The notes under the pieces are model-generated. The model had not been told where the DNA came from. It did no database searches and saw nothing but the letters and a program-made list of their open reading frames with translations. From Leucoraja ocellata (lineage: Eukaryota), in assembly GCA_036785375.1 (NCBI GenBank), contig JAWMAR010000058.1, positions 9,486,001 to 9,547,956 on the forward strand: 61,956 nt of DNA, written 5' to 3'. A program made the position numbers and the translations under genes. This document shows, one piece after another, positions 38,412 to 49,888 of the stretch (positions are counted from its first letter, which is position 1; each line of letters starts with the position of its first letter).

Positions 38412-39156
38412 GTGGGTTTTCCCAACCCAGTCATGGGCAATCTGACTCCATGATGTCCGAATCTGCTCACCTTGCCCGTGTATCCTCAAACTGTCATAAT
38501 CCCAAAATGCTTCTTCCTGATAACCCAAACCACAACCTGCTCAGCCCTCCGCTCTGTAATGCAAACAGCCACATGCCAGGCTCACCCATCCACCAGCATG
38601 CAGGGAGGAAGTTTACCACTCAAGAAAGATCAATGTCAAGAGGTGAATAATCTGTTTGTGTACCCTTTAGTCTCTAAATGTACCCAGAGGGAAACTGATG
38701 GTCTCTTGTGAAGTTTGGGCAATTGTTTCCTTTGTAGATTGAACTGGCAACCTTGCAGTTTAGTGTTCTTTCCTCACTGTGGGCAAGCTTTGGAAATGTG
38801 ATAAATATGATTAATTCTGGGCTGGTACCAAGGATAAAATAATACAGGATTGTTATGAAATTAAAACCCATTGACAATTGTCTATCTGTGAAGTCTGCAT
38901 TCAACAGTGCCATCTCAGCTGTGTGGCTCTCCGTGACAGAGTGGCTAACGACCATTTGTTGCCAATCAGTCAGTACTAATGAGCTGGTGTGGATCTAATG
39001 GAAAAAGTCATCGTCATTGGTGAAGATAGAGCAGATACTTTCTGTGTCTGTTTTCTTGCCATGTCTGGGGTGTTGCACTGTGAAAGTTCCATTTTAACAT
39101 TGCGCATCTGCATCTGCTCTTTGTAGCTTTAATGTTGAATTGACTTGTTTCCTTAG

Positions 39157-39306
39157 GCTTGAATCCAAACTTGAATGTACCCCTGGATTTCGGCAGTATT
39201 GTTAACCTGAAAGAGCCACAATCCCAACAGTCTCGCTTAAAGCAATGGACTGCCCCGGAAAGCCTTCCTATTAATTCCCCTCTAGATCAAAACTCCAGCA
39301 AACATG
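39157..39306 (+). CDS. TNRC6A: TNRC6A exon containing QSRLKQW (CCR4-NOT-interacting motif CIM1)
   Basis: Acceptor tttccttag, donor G/gtaagg; 150 nt, phase 1-1. Confidence 0.95.
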
Positions 39307-39513
39307 GTAAGGCATGAGTGATGTTTAGATGTAATATTAACGGTAGATCATCATTCATTTGAATAGCCTTGTAAAAAGAATCTCATGGTAGTTGGATGTT
39401 ATGTCTAGACTAACCTGTGTAAAGTAACTTTACAAATGATTGAACTGTCATCTCTCATTCTTATCTGAACTGCTTGCAGTAAATAAAAGTAAGCATTTTT
39501 TTTCCTCCCTTAG

Positions 39514-39690
39514 GTGCTACTTCAAGTGGTCTTAGTATTTGTTCTGGAAAGTTGCTTGAAGAATCTCCTTTTGGTCACTTTGACATTTCCATGAAGTCTC
39601 TGGCCAGTCCTCCTGGATCTGTTGGAGATGGCTGGCCAAGTGCCAAATCACCCAGTGATAAGCTCTCTAGCAATGTTAATTGGCCACCAG
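39514..39690 (+). CDS. TNRC6A: TNRC6A exon, GATSSG...[12 protein letters not shown]...VNWPP
   Basis: Acceptor cctcccttag, donor AG/gtaaga; 177 nt, phase 1-1. Confidence 0.95.
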
Positions 39691-40194
39691 GTAAGATGTT
39701 GTGCATTTGGTCAGATGGAAGTCAATTTTAGATGCCAGGTGCTGAAGTGGAAGCTGCCTGCGATTACTAGACCCAGTTTTGGGATTCAGGCAGCTGAAGC
39801 AAAATATTATTGCAATTATTTCCCTCAGGATACAGTAAACTGCAGGGACACCTTGTGGTGCAGGGTAATATTGCATGGTGCCTGTATATGTGGGTACACT
39901 ATCCTTCCTTTCTGAATATCAATCAACTACCAGATACTTGGGTCTACAGTTTGATCTCATTAATATTTAATTGTTCATACACATTCAAGTGAATAATCAT
40001 ATTTAATTCCCACTGGATGTCGATTGCTTCTTATTTATAAGGTATTTGATAAAATTCACACTGGGGAAAAATTGATTAAAAAAATTGTCGTGCATTTTCC
40101 CTTTTTCTCATGAGAAAGATGGAGATTTGATAGACACATTAACTCATATCTTTTATATATGGCAGATAGATTATGTTTGCCACATTGATAAAAC

Positions 40195-40875
40195 TGCAAG
40201 TAGCAGAGCAGATTTCCCATCACTTCCCATATATTTGGTAGAATGAACAAGGGCAGGGCTTACACAGTAAATTATAGGGTCCTGGGTAATGTTTTAGGAC
40301 ATAGAGACCTTGGGGTGCAGGTACATTTTTCAATGAAGGTAGTGACACGGGTAGACAGGGTAGTGAATAAGTTTTTAGCGGGAATGCCTTCACCAGCCAG
40401 AGTATTGAGTAAGGCCACATTTGAAGTGGTGTACATTCCAGTCAATCTGAAATGGGAAGGATGTAATTAAACTGGAAAGGGTGCAAAAAAGATTTGCCAG
40501 GATGTTATTGGTTCTAGGGGTGGGATTGGGGGATTGAGTTAAAAGGAGAAGTTGGATAAGCTAAGTCTTTTTCCCTGGAGCATAAGAGGCCGAGGGATGA
40601 TCCTACAAAGGTATATAAAATCCTGAGGGGCTTAAATGAATAGCTAGTCTTTTTGCCAGGATAGGGGAGTCTAAAACTACAGGGTGCAGGTTTAAAGTGA
40701 GGTGCTAAAGATATAAAAGAGACCAGAGGGGCAACTGGTATTGCATATATGGAACATTGCCAGAGGAAGAGGCGAGTACAATTATGACATTTTCATAAAC
40801 ACTTGAACAGATACATCGTAATGTTTGGAGGGATAAAGGCCAAGTACAAATGGGACTAGTTCGGTTAGCCAACTT
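40195..40875 (+). mobile_element. CR1-like LINE 3' fragment (old)
   Basis: GRAYTVN..LGNV..RDLGVQVH..KV..VDRVV, a CR1 ORF2 motif. Confidence 0.8.
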
Positions 40876-40977
40876 AGTCAGCGTTCCTTTCTTAGGAGCC
40901 CACCCCATTTGTGTATGTTTCCCAAATATGCTACTCTCTGAATACTGAAAGCCATTGTGCTTGGTTCTTGCATGCAG

Positions 40978-41118
40978 AATTTCGTCCTGGTGAGCCGTGG
41001 AAAGGTTATCAAAACATTGACCCTGAAACTGACCCTTACGTCACGCCTGGCAGTGTAATGACCAATCTGTCAATCTCTACTGCCCGGGATCTTGACCTCC
41101 TCAGGGACAGGAATAATA
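40978..41118 (+). CDS. TNRC6A: TNRC6A exon with the PAM2 motif, [27 protein letters not shown]
   Basis: Acceptor catgcag, donor A/gtaagt; 141 nt, phase 1-1. Confidence 0.97.
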
Positions 41119-42180
41119 GTAAGTATCATTCTCATTCGGTTCTTTCAGCTGAAGGTATTTTGTAAAATGTTTGTCTAGAAGTGTAGTCATTGTTAAAATG
41201 TAAGAAACTTGATAGCCTATTTCTGAAATAACAGCCAAAGGAAATCTGTTCCGGTGATATTGGTTGAAGACTATATATTGGCCAGAACACCAAACTTACC
41301 AACCTGGGATGGCAGATAAAGCTTCAGTTTGTAAATACTGCAAACAGACCACTCTGCCAACTAATCCACATCAGTATTTATACTCCACCCCATGCCAAGG
41401 TGGCTGTCCCATCTAAAATATATCACGTGTTGAAGATAGCATTTACAACAATGGACTGGGGACTGCAGTGAATTATCAATCAAGATTACGTTGTTGAGCT
41501 TCAAAACTGAGATTTCAATCTAACAACTACCAACAAGCCAAACTTCCTCCCAATTGAACCACATCTAATGCAATTGCATATGGAGATGTCTGCCCTAAAT
41601 TTGATCATTCAGTGCAGAAATGGTAATTAATAAAATAAGTTAATAGATTGTGGGATCACTGAAAGAGCAGCATCTGTTGCTTATTTTTAATTGCTCTGGT
41701 GGTGGTGATCTACCTTATTGAACCTAATGGTGAGTTATTTACAATTCAAGATGATGTATGTTTTCAAGATGTTTTCTTACACCTCTGACTCTTGTCCTTG
41801 GTGGTAGTGGTCATGGGTTTGGAAGACCTGTCAGAGTAGCCTAGATAAGTAACTGAAGTGCATTTTGTACACATCACTAGCACATAGTGATAGTATGAAG
41901 AGGGGATGATTGCTTGGGGTGATAGTTTGGGTACCAATGAAATGGGCTGCATTGTCTTGAATTGTGCAAGGCTTCTCCTGTGTTGTTGGAGCTGCATTTG
42001 TCCACACAATTAAAAAAAATATTCAATTTGTATCCTCTGGAAAAATTGTTCACCTTTATCTTTATATTTTGTTGTATTACCAGCAGAAGTGCGGTTTAAT
42101 TCATATTAGAATGTGTTTTTAAATAATTTGTGCCTGGAGCTCCCAGCAAATCATTGATGTGTCTCTTTGTGTGTTTTCAG

Positions 42181-42291
42181 TAGGGTCATCCTCATCTATG
42201 AACACCACGCTGCCTTCAACTAGTGCCTGGTCCCTTGGTGGTGCCTCCAGCTACAATAGTTCCCTCAGCAGTACAGCACAAAGCACTCCAG
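42181..42291 (+). CDS. TNRC6A: TNRC6A exon, [17 protein letters not shown]...STAQSTP (alternative start 42184)
   Basis: Tandem acceptor ttttCAGTAG, donor AG/gtagga; phase 1-1. Confidence 0.93.
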
Positions 42292-42934
42292 GTAGGAATC
42301 CAAGTATCCAAAACCTAATAAAAAATATTTGCCAATTACTTCTGAGTAAAGCCTTTCATGAAGATCTCTTCTTCCCATTGTATTACTCCTGCAGCATGTA
42401 ACTGCAGATGAAACTGCTCTTTCTTTGATTGGGGGTGGGGTGGGGGGCGGGGGAATATGATAAGAAATAATGTTTGTAGAACTCGCCCATTAGTCCAAGA
42501 AAATTATTGCACACCATGCAACAAGTACTCAGTAACCACTCACACCTCGATTGTAACCTACCTTCAGCCGCCATGGGGGTGGGATCACTTAGCAAATTCT
42601 GAAGTTAAATAATTGTATTTTTAAAATGCAGGATATGTAGACCTGGTAACTATCCTTGCAGCCTGTTTGCAGTGATTCTACATAGACTTGGAAGCATTGG
42701 TTTTGTCTTTTTGCACTATTATTGTTTGATTTTATGTGTGTGTGTGTATATTTTTCTCGTTTATTACATTGTTTCGAGAGTATTATGTTTTTGCATATTC
42801 TGTTGTGCTAATGCAAGTAAGAATTTAATTGTTCTCGCTAAGACATATGACAACAAACATTGACTTTTGACTCTCTGTGCGTAAGAAATGTAGCGATTAA
42901 ATGTTGATGGTTTACCTGTGCTTCCCTTTCCCAG

Positions 42935-43153
42935 CCAGAATTGGTGACCCCAAATCCACCTGGTCTACTGGGCCAATTACCAATGCTTCCCTTGCTCACG
43001 AACTGTGGAAAGTCCCCCTGCCACCCAAAAACACTACCGCTCTGTCCCGCCCACCACCAGGGCTGACCAATCAGAAGCCTTCGTCCTCATGGGGCAACAG
43101 CTCGCTGCGCATGGGTGGAGGATGGGGGACTTCAGACTCCAGATACAACCCTG
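42935..43153 (+). CDS. TNRC6A: TNRC6A exon, ARIGDPK...[13 protein letters not shown]...RPPPGLT...GGGWG
   Basis: Acceptor ctttcccag, donor G/gtaaga; 219 nt, phase 1-1. Confidence 0.96.
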
Positions 43154-43327
43154 GTAAGAAGCGCTATCAGTGCAACGATCTGCTGGGCCTACAAGGCAAG
43201 CTAATTAAGTCATCCGTTAATGTTCTGGCAGAATATCTCAACTCCCTAGCTTCTTGTTATTTCTCTTTACTCCCAACTCAGACCTGCAATTTTAATAGCC
43301 AGTAGCTTGTACAAGTATTGCAATTGA

Positions 43328-44407
43328 CAAGCATGATATTCTTCCGATTTAAATCGGAAATTCCTTTTTTTTTTCCCTTCCCAACAATGAATCAGATTTT
43401 TCCTTTTTTTTTGTGCCCGATTTTGACATAGTTTAGTTGGCAAGATCGTAAAATAAAAGGGTGAGGGAAGGAGAGTCAGTGGAGGCAGGCTAGCTTGTGA
43501 TTTATGATGCAAGTCAGCAAGGTCAGCCAATAGCAGCAGGGGGGGGGGGGGGGGGGGAGGGAGGGAGGAGAGGACACGCGGGAGGCCGTGGACGGAGGAA
43601 ACACAACAACGCTCTTTGGCTGCTGCTGAGATCAGCCCAGCAGCGGCGTGCGAGCTGTGACGGTGCCCGTTTGTCGGAGAGAACTGGAGCGAGAGCGGGT
43701 GAGACGCGGGGCCACAAACGGGAGCGCAGGCTCAGGGTGACCTGGACGCCCGTACAGCTAAGACGGGGGTGATGGCTGCGGGGCGTTGAAGCCCTCCCCC
43801 TCTTCTCTTGTGGGGAAAATAAATAGATTAACACAACAGTGTTTTGTGTTTCCCATATGGAGCTGCGACTGGAAAGGGAATGGTGCTGGCGATGATAGCG
43901 GGGGTTAGGAAGATGCGGGGCCCTACCTCCCCGGCAGCGGCTACCCCCTCCCATTTGTGGTGATTTTCTGTTTATATTGGGAATTTTTGTTTTCATTGTT
44001 ATTGGCAGAGGATTTTAGTTTTCTACCTTCTTCGCGTTGTAGATGTTACATTGGTGTATTGACAGTTATCTGTGCCTTGCCGTATTGTGCATAATTATGC
44101 CTTGAGATGGTTGGAATCTCTACAAATAGCTTAATTAGAAAGTCGGGTAACATTATTTGTAAAGATTTTTAGCTGTATAAAGTCAATTATTTCATGAAAT
44201 ATTTATCTTTTGGGGGTTATTTTACTGGTTATGTATTAGAAAAATTCGAAGTTTCTGTTATGTGAACTACCAGCAGAAAACTTAGGAATTACTTTCAATT
44301 CATTGAAACTGCAGGAGCCCCCTGGACCCCCCACCGGGGCCTAGCCGGCCTCTAGGACCCCCGGCCAATACTTCCTACTTTTTTTCTGGAGGCGAATATC
44401 ATGCCTC
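43328..44407. mobile_element. Non-autonomous TIR DNA element (hAT-like?) with a CpG-rich interior
   Basis: Left end CAAGCATGATATTC versus right end GAATATCATGCCTC (12/14 inverted match). Flanks AATTGA / ATTTGA could be an imperfect 6-7 bp TSD. Abrupt GC/CpG shift at 43520-43950. Confidence 0.65.
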
Positions 44408-44760
44408 ATTTGAGCCTAATCCTGCCATTGTACCAGTCGGTGTATTTCCCAGTAGGGTAACGTTTGGAGGATCAGAAATACTGTTTCCTAGAATTGCAAC
44501 GCATAAATCGATTGATAAAGCTGTGGGTCTTTATAAAGTTATGTGTTGCTCAGCATCAGAGCAGACTATCTGTAAGCCAGTAAGTCCCCATCGACTGAGG
44601 CTTCCTTCAATACACGTGAAGAATAATGTTTATTTTTTCAAACCTGGTACAGTAAAACTCCTGTGATCGGGCCTCTGAGTAATCGTGATGAAGATTAGCT
44701 GATTCTCCAGATTATCAAGTTAGACGTATTTATACCCAAACCAATTTTAACTTCACTGTA

Positions 44761-45335
44761 CAGATAGTTCTGCTAGAACACGATAATTGGATTCCTAAGA
44801 AATCTCGTGTTATAGAAAATCACATCATAAAACAGTTGTGACAGTGGGGAAAAGGGGGTTAGGGGTGAGAGAGTTTCAGACTTGCAATAACAATGTTATT
44901 TCTCATGATTTTCAAAAACAAAGGTCGGGTTAATAACTGCAAGTCTTGTTACTGCAGTGTAAAAATACTGAAGACTGTGAAAGTGTTTAGTAGAGTTTGA
45001 ATGCACAAGTGTAAATAGAAGTAATTCTCGTCAATTTATTTTAGCCTCCTGTGGTGTATCTGACAGACTGTTCTGTAGAGGTGATGTTGTCTGATTACTG
45101 TGGGGAGGGAGGGTGTTAGATGGAAATTTTATATATTTAGACTTTCTTTTCCCAAGACGGCTTTTTTCTATGCTTGTCAATTTCTGAAGTAGCTTTTTAA
45201 GTGGTTCTTCAGTCGCATCATAATTATATATATATAGATTAATAATAATAATAATAAAGTCGCATAATAACCAATTCAGCCCACGTAATACAGATTTGTG
45301 TCACAAAATCATGCTGTTGTAATAGAACTGCCCTG
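44761..45335. mobile_element. Tigger/pogo-like MITE
   Basis: TA-CAGATAGTTCTGCTAGAACA...TGTTGTAATAGAACTGCCCTG imperfect TIRs; the 5' part with GGGGAAAAGGGGGTTAGGGG resembles my recollection of Tigger13-type elements. Confidence 0.6.
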
Positions 45336-45506
45336 TGTTAACATATTACACTGTACTATGATACATTTCCTAGTCAACCCAAGAGTTTTAAAGGAGAGTG
45401 AAATATACAAGCACTTCAGATCCTGGCTCTGTCCACTAATGTGTCGTGGCTGGGCAGCTGATCAGAAGTGATGCATCTTGTTAATCTCTTGTTGGTTTTG
45501 CTGCAG

Positions 45507-45577
45507 GTCCTAGCTGGGGCGACATCAGCTCAGGGAGAATAACAAATTGGCTTGTTCTCAAGAACCTCACGCCTCAG
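45507..45577 (+). CDS. TNRC6A: TNRC6A exon, [24 protein letters not shown] (RRM start)
   Basis: Acceptor ttgctgcag, donor CAG/gtgagt; 71 nt, phase 1-0. Confidence 0.96.
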
Positions 45578-45789
45578 GTGAGTGTGTATATCATTCTCAA
45601 ACAATGATTCAGTTGTCCTGTGCAGACTAACACAATCGTCAGTGCCACCATCGTTTTGACGGAGAGGCTGAACAGATTATAGCTGTTCAGGATTCCTGGC
45701 TCACCATCAAGAAAATGCACATGAAATTCAAGTAAACCCTGTCTGTAACTTGTGAAATGTCAGGATTGTACATTCTAGATGTACTCAAG

Positions 45790-47345
45790 AATCTCCAGAT
45801 GCTGGTTTACAAAAAAGGACCTGGAATAAGTCCTGGAGTAATGCAAAGTCCTGGAGTAACTCAATGGGTCAAGCAACATCTCTGAATAGGTGATGTTATG
45901 GGTTGTGATCCTTCAGACTGATTGTTGGAGGGGGTGAAGAAAGCTGGGAGAGAGGAGAGGCAGGACAAATTGTGGCAGGTTATAGGTAGACAGGCAAGGA
46001 GGTTTTTGATAGGCAGATGGTTGGAACAGGGCAGAGATTAAAACTGAAGTGTTGAGACTAAAGTAATGAAGAGTTGCAAATTGTGAAGATAGAGGAAGGA
46101 ATGTGGGAGGGGGTGGGAGGAGAGGGGATAAATAGGTGTTATTCCAGGTGAGGCAAAGGGCAGGAGAAGAGCAAAGCAGAGTGCAGGGGCAGAGAAAATG
46201 TGGATGGAAGGGGGGGGGGTGGGGGGTATTGTAGGGGTTACCTAAAATTGGAGAATTCAATGTTCACACCATTGAAAGCCAGTCGTGGAATATGAGGTAC
46301 TGTTCTTCCAGTTTGCGTATGGCCTCACTCTGGCAATGGAGGAGGCCAAGGACAGAATGGCCAGTGTGGGAATGGGAAGGGAATTTAAGATGATTAGCAA
46401 TCAGGATATCCAGCAGACCTGTACAGGAGGCCACATTAGAAAGACCACGTGCAGTAGATGAGGTTAGAGAGGGTGCACGTAAACCTCTGTTATACCTGGA
46501 AGGACTACTGAGGTCCCTGGATGGAGGCAAGGGAGGGGGTATACGGACAGCGTTACATCTCATGCAGGGGAAAGTACCTGGGGAGGAGATGGTTTGGGTG
46601 GGAAGGGATGAGTAAATTAAGGAGTTGTGCAAGGAGCAGTCGCTACAGAAGGCAGAATGTGGTGGAGATGGGAGGATGCGACTGGTGGTGGGATCAGGTT
46701 CGAGGTGACGGAAAATGTCCGAGGGTGATGTGTTGGATCTGGAAAGTGAGGACATGGGGAACTCTGTCCAGAGGGAGGAGAGTGAGAACATGTTCTGTCT
46801 AGAGGGAGGAGAGTGAGAGAGGATCCATGTGGCACAGAGAAGACTTGGATGAGGGATCCATATATGACAGCTGGCGAGAAACCAAGTTCACAAAAGAAAA
46901 AGACCATCTCAGATGTTCTAGAATGGAAAGCCTTATCTTGGGAGCAGATGTGGCAGACATGGAGGAATTGAGAGTAGGGAATAACGTCTTTGCAAGAGGT
47001 TCGTCTAGATAACTGGGAGTCGGTAGCTTTGTGGTAGATGTCAATCAATAGGTTATCCCCTGCGGTGGAGAGACAAAGATCAAGAATGGGGAGGGAAGTG
47101 ACGGAGATAGTCCAGGTAAATTTGAAGACAGGGTGGAAGTTTGAGGTGAAGTTAATGAAATCATCAAGTTCTGCACAGCTGCAGGAGACAGCCCCAATGC
47201 AGTTGGCGATGTAACAGAGAAAGAGTTGGGGGATGGTGCCAGTGTATGCCTGGAGCAAAAACTGTTCGCCATAACCAACAAAAAGGCAGGCATCTCTGGG
47301 GTACATGTACCCATGTACTCTGGGGCCCATCTTGCATTGCAAGCA
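45790..47345 (-). mobile_element. 5'-truncated, degenerate Penelope-like retroelement (RT plus GIY-YIG remnant, 3' repeat)
   Basis: ACLFVGY..LF..YI..CIG..FINFTSNFHP..KFTW..LP.LDL..IYHK.TDS is the PLE RT C-terminus, followed by QRFTCT.SNLIYC and RKLEEQ.LIF. It ends in the same short repeat that is dispersed across the window. Confidence 0.85.
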
Positions 47346-47473
47346 TATTGCAATTTATAAACATTCCCCTTTTAAATCTTCAATCTATCCATACCATTAT
47401 CTATTACCATCTCCCTCCCACCACCCCAAAGGCATGGCATTGTTACTGCGACCAGTTTCACACACATTATTAT

Positions 47474-47562
47474 CTGAAGAAGGGTTTCGGCCCGAAACGT
47501 TGCCTATTTCCTTCGCTCCATAGATGCTGCTGCACCCGCTGAGTTTCTCCAGATTTTTTGTG
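47474..47562 (+). repeat. Penelope-associated short repeat with a complete minimal hammerhead-like core
   Basis: CTGAAGA-A-GGG-TTTCGG-CCC-GAAAC-GTT, i.e. CUGANGA box, stem II, GAAA box and NUH triplet; stem I is poor. Confidence 0.7.
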
Positions 47563-48167
47563 TAACCCTCACACACATTATTACTTTGTCCAGATGGCCT
47601 TATGTAATTTGACACGCACATTGCCAACTGTCCAGTCATGCCTGCTAACTGGAATATTTTCCAGGCCAATAGGTAGCCAGATGCCTGGCTGATTAGATTA
47701 TTGTTCCAGCCCAATAGACTCAACTTGCACAGGTTAATGGAAACTATGTGTAGCTCATTATCACTGCGTGCAGCTCAGCATAATACGTGTGAGCCCTTGC
47801 GGTGTAATCTGAACATGATACAGACCTCGCAGCATTTTAAACTTCTCAGTGACCAGGTAATTGATTTTATCTTCTGCTTAGGAAGCTGCTCTTCACACTT
47901 TCTCTGTTTTAAACCTCATCCCTGTTGGCAGGTCTTCTAGGATATCGAGTCCAGCTTTGTTTTCAGTGCTGGGTTCCCTCCATCAGGGCAGCCATGCTTT
48001 CAGCTGCTTATTTCCCTCCATAAACCCTTCCACATCTTCTTCTTAAACCTATTTGTTTTTGACTTAATGGCCTACTCTTTTTGTGGTGCCATGTGGATTT
48101 TTAATCATTCCTATGAATCACCTATTCAGGGAGGTTTTTGCAATATATAAGCACCATATAAATACAA

Positions 48168-48254
48168 GGTAGACAAAAATGCTGGAGAAACTCAGCGGGT
48201 GAGGCAGCATCTATGGAGCGAAGGAATAGGTGACGTTTCGGGTCGAGACCCTTC
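48168..48254 (-). repeat. Penelope-associated short repeat, inverted relative to 47474-47562
   Basis: - strand reads GAAGGGTCTCGACCCGAAACGTCACCTATTCCTTCGCTCCATAGATGCTGCC..GAGTTTCTCCAGC. Confidence 0.8.
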
Positions 48255-48332
48255 GGTAATACAAGTTGTTGTCTATCTGCAGGCCTGCATTAATCTTGCT
48301 GACTGGTCTCTTGCTGTATCTTTAATCTTCAG

Positions 48333-48472
48333 ATTGATGGCTCCACCTTGCGTACACTGTGCATGCAGCACGGCCCACTAATAACATTCCACCTTAACCT
48401 GCCCCATGGAAACGCTTTGGTCTGTTACAGCTCGAAAGAAGAGGCAGCCAAGGCTCAGAAATCTCTGCACAT
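48333..48472 (+). CDS. TNRC6A: TNRC6A RRM exon, [46 protein letters not shown]
   Basis: Acceptor atcttcag, donor AT/gtaagt; 140 nt, phase 0-2. Confidence 0.97.
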
Positions 48473-49298
48473 GTAAGTTGGACCTGAGCTTGATGAACAG
48501 GCTTGTGGTGGGATTTTGTTATCCCTCCAAAAAGGGAACGGGATTTGTAAACCACATAAATTCGCTTGCGAAGCAAGAATTTTGAACCTTGATCTTACTC
48601 GGCTGTGGGTTTGTAATCATGTTGGAAATGTATTTTTATAGTGCAGGAGCCCACACTTGCTGCAGAGCTACTGCCTATCCCCAAAACTATTTATTCGCTG
48701 CCTAATGTTTTCCTCTGTCCTGTCATAAGAATTTGCAAGATTAGCCGGGGAATTATTTTTTAACAATACTTACTTCCTTCAAAAAACACTCAGTAAAATA
48801 TATGGGAGATGAAAGATACACTACTTGCCAACACATTAGTACTTGAGAGGGTAAGAAGATTTGCATGGAGAGTCTTTACTGATTTGAGTTATTCGGGAAT
48901 TGTCTTGTTTGAAACTCCATTAAAGTATCCATTTTGTCCAAGCTCATTGCCATACAATTGACTTTCTCTTAGGAGTCGCTGCAATGTTGTCGGTGCTTTA
49001 TTTTTAGTTATATTCTCTTCCCTTTTAAACCAACAGATGGGTCGCTTTAAACTCCAAACATAGATCAATCTGGCCATAGACCTACCACCTCACACTTTCC
49101 CATTTTCATGGCTTTGCACATGTAACCCCTCATGAGTGTCTGTCTCAGCCTGGCTTCTGTTGTTATGAGGCTCTGAGCCAACTCTGGTTAATTGTAACTC
49201 CAATGTGAGTTGTGCATTGTGTGGTATTGTCTTGTTCTCCTTTCCTGGCCGACCAGCTGTGAAAAGACCAGAGATAACTCCAGTACTAGATTTACAAG

Positions 49299-49463
49299 TT
49301 TTAGTTTATTTTAGAGATACCGTGCGATAACTGGCCCACCGAGTCTGTGCCGACCAGCGATCCCTGCATATTAACACTATCCTTCCCTCACTAGGGACAA
49401 TTTACAATTATACCAAGCCAATTAATCTACAAACCTGTACGTCTTTGGATTATGGGAGGAAAC
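49299..49463 (-). mobile_element. 3' half of an HE1/V-SINE-like element
   Basis: Matches the tail half of 15254-15547. Confidence 0.8.
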
Positions 49464-49515
49464 TGGTTTTGGGGTGTTGTATGTGTACTTGATTGCTTTT
49501 CTTTTTGACTTTCAG

Positions 49516-49888
49516 GTGTGTTTTAGGGAACACTACCATTCTTGCTGAGTTTGCCAGTGAAGATGAGATTAATCGCTTCTTTGCACAAGGCCAGTCGTTG
49601 ACGCCCTCTCTAGGCTGGCAGTCTCTGGGATCCAGCCAGAACCGTATTGCATCCATCGACAGTTCCCACCCGTTCTCAAACCGCAACGATCTCAATCACT
49701 GGAATGGGGCTGGGCTGTCGGGAACTGGTAGTGGAGACCTCCATGGCACTTCACTCTGGGGCACTCCCAATTATTCCACTAGCCTATGGGGAACCCCGAG
49801 CAGCAACGATATGCGGGGAATCGGCAGCCCCTCCCCCATCAATGCTTTCCTCCCTGTTGATCATCTTGGAGGTGGAGAGTCCATTTAA
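49516..49888 (+). CDS. TNRC6A: TNRC6A last coding exon, [14 protein letters not shown]...[11 protein letters not shown]
   Basis: Acceptor actttcag; TAA at 49886-49888. Confidence 0.97.

Noticed and set aside
43497-43996. GC-rich ORFs of 91 and 157 aa as a nested gene
   Set aside because: Low-complexity translations inside the TIR-bounded element, with no recognisable domain.
7865-49888. Gene could be TNRC6B or TNRC6C
   Set aside because: Segments such as [48 protein letters not shown] and the ending VDHLGGGES match TNRC6A as I recall it, and the intact UBA domain of TNRC6C is absent.
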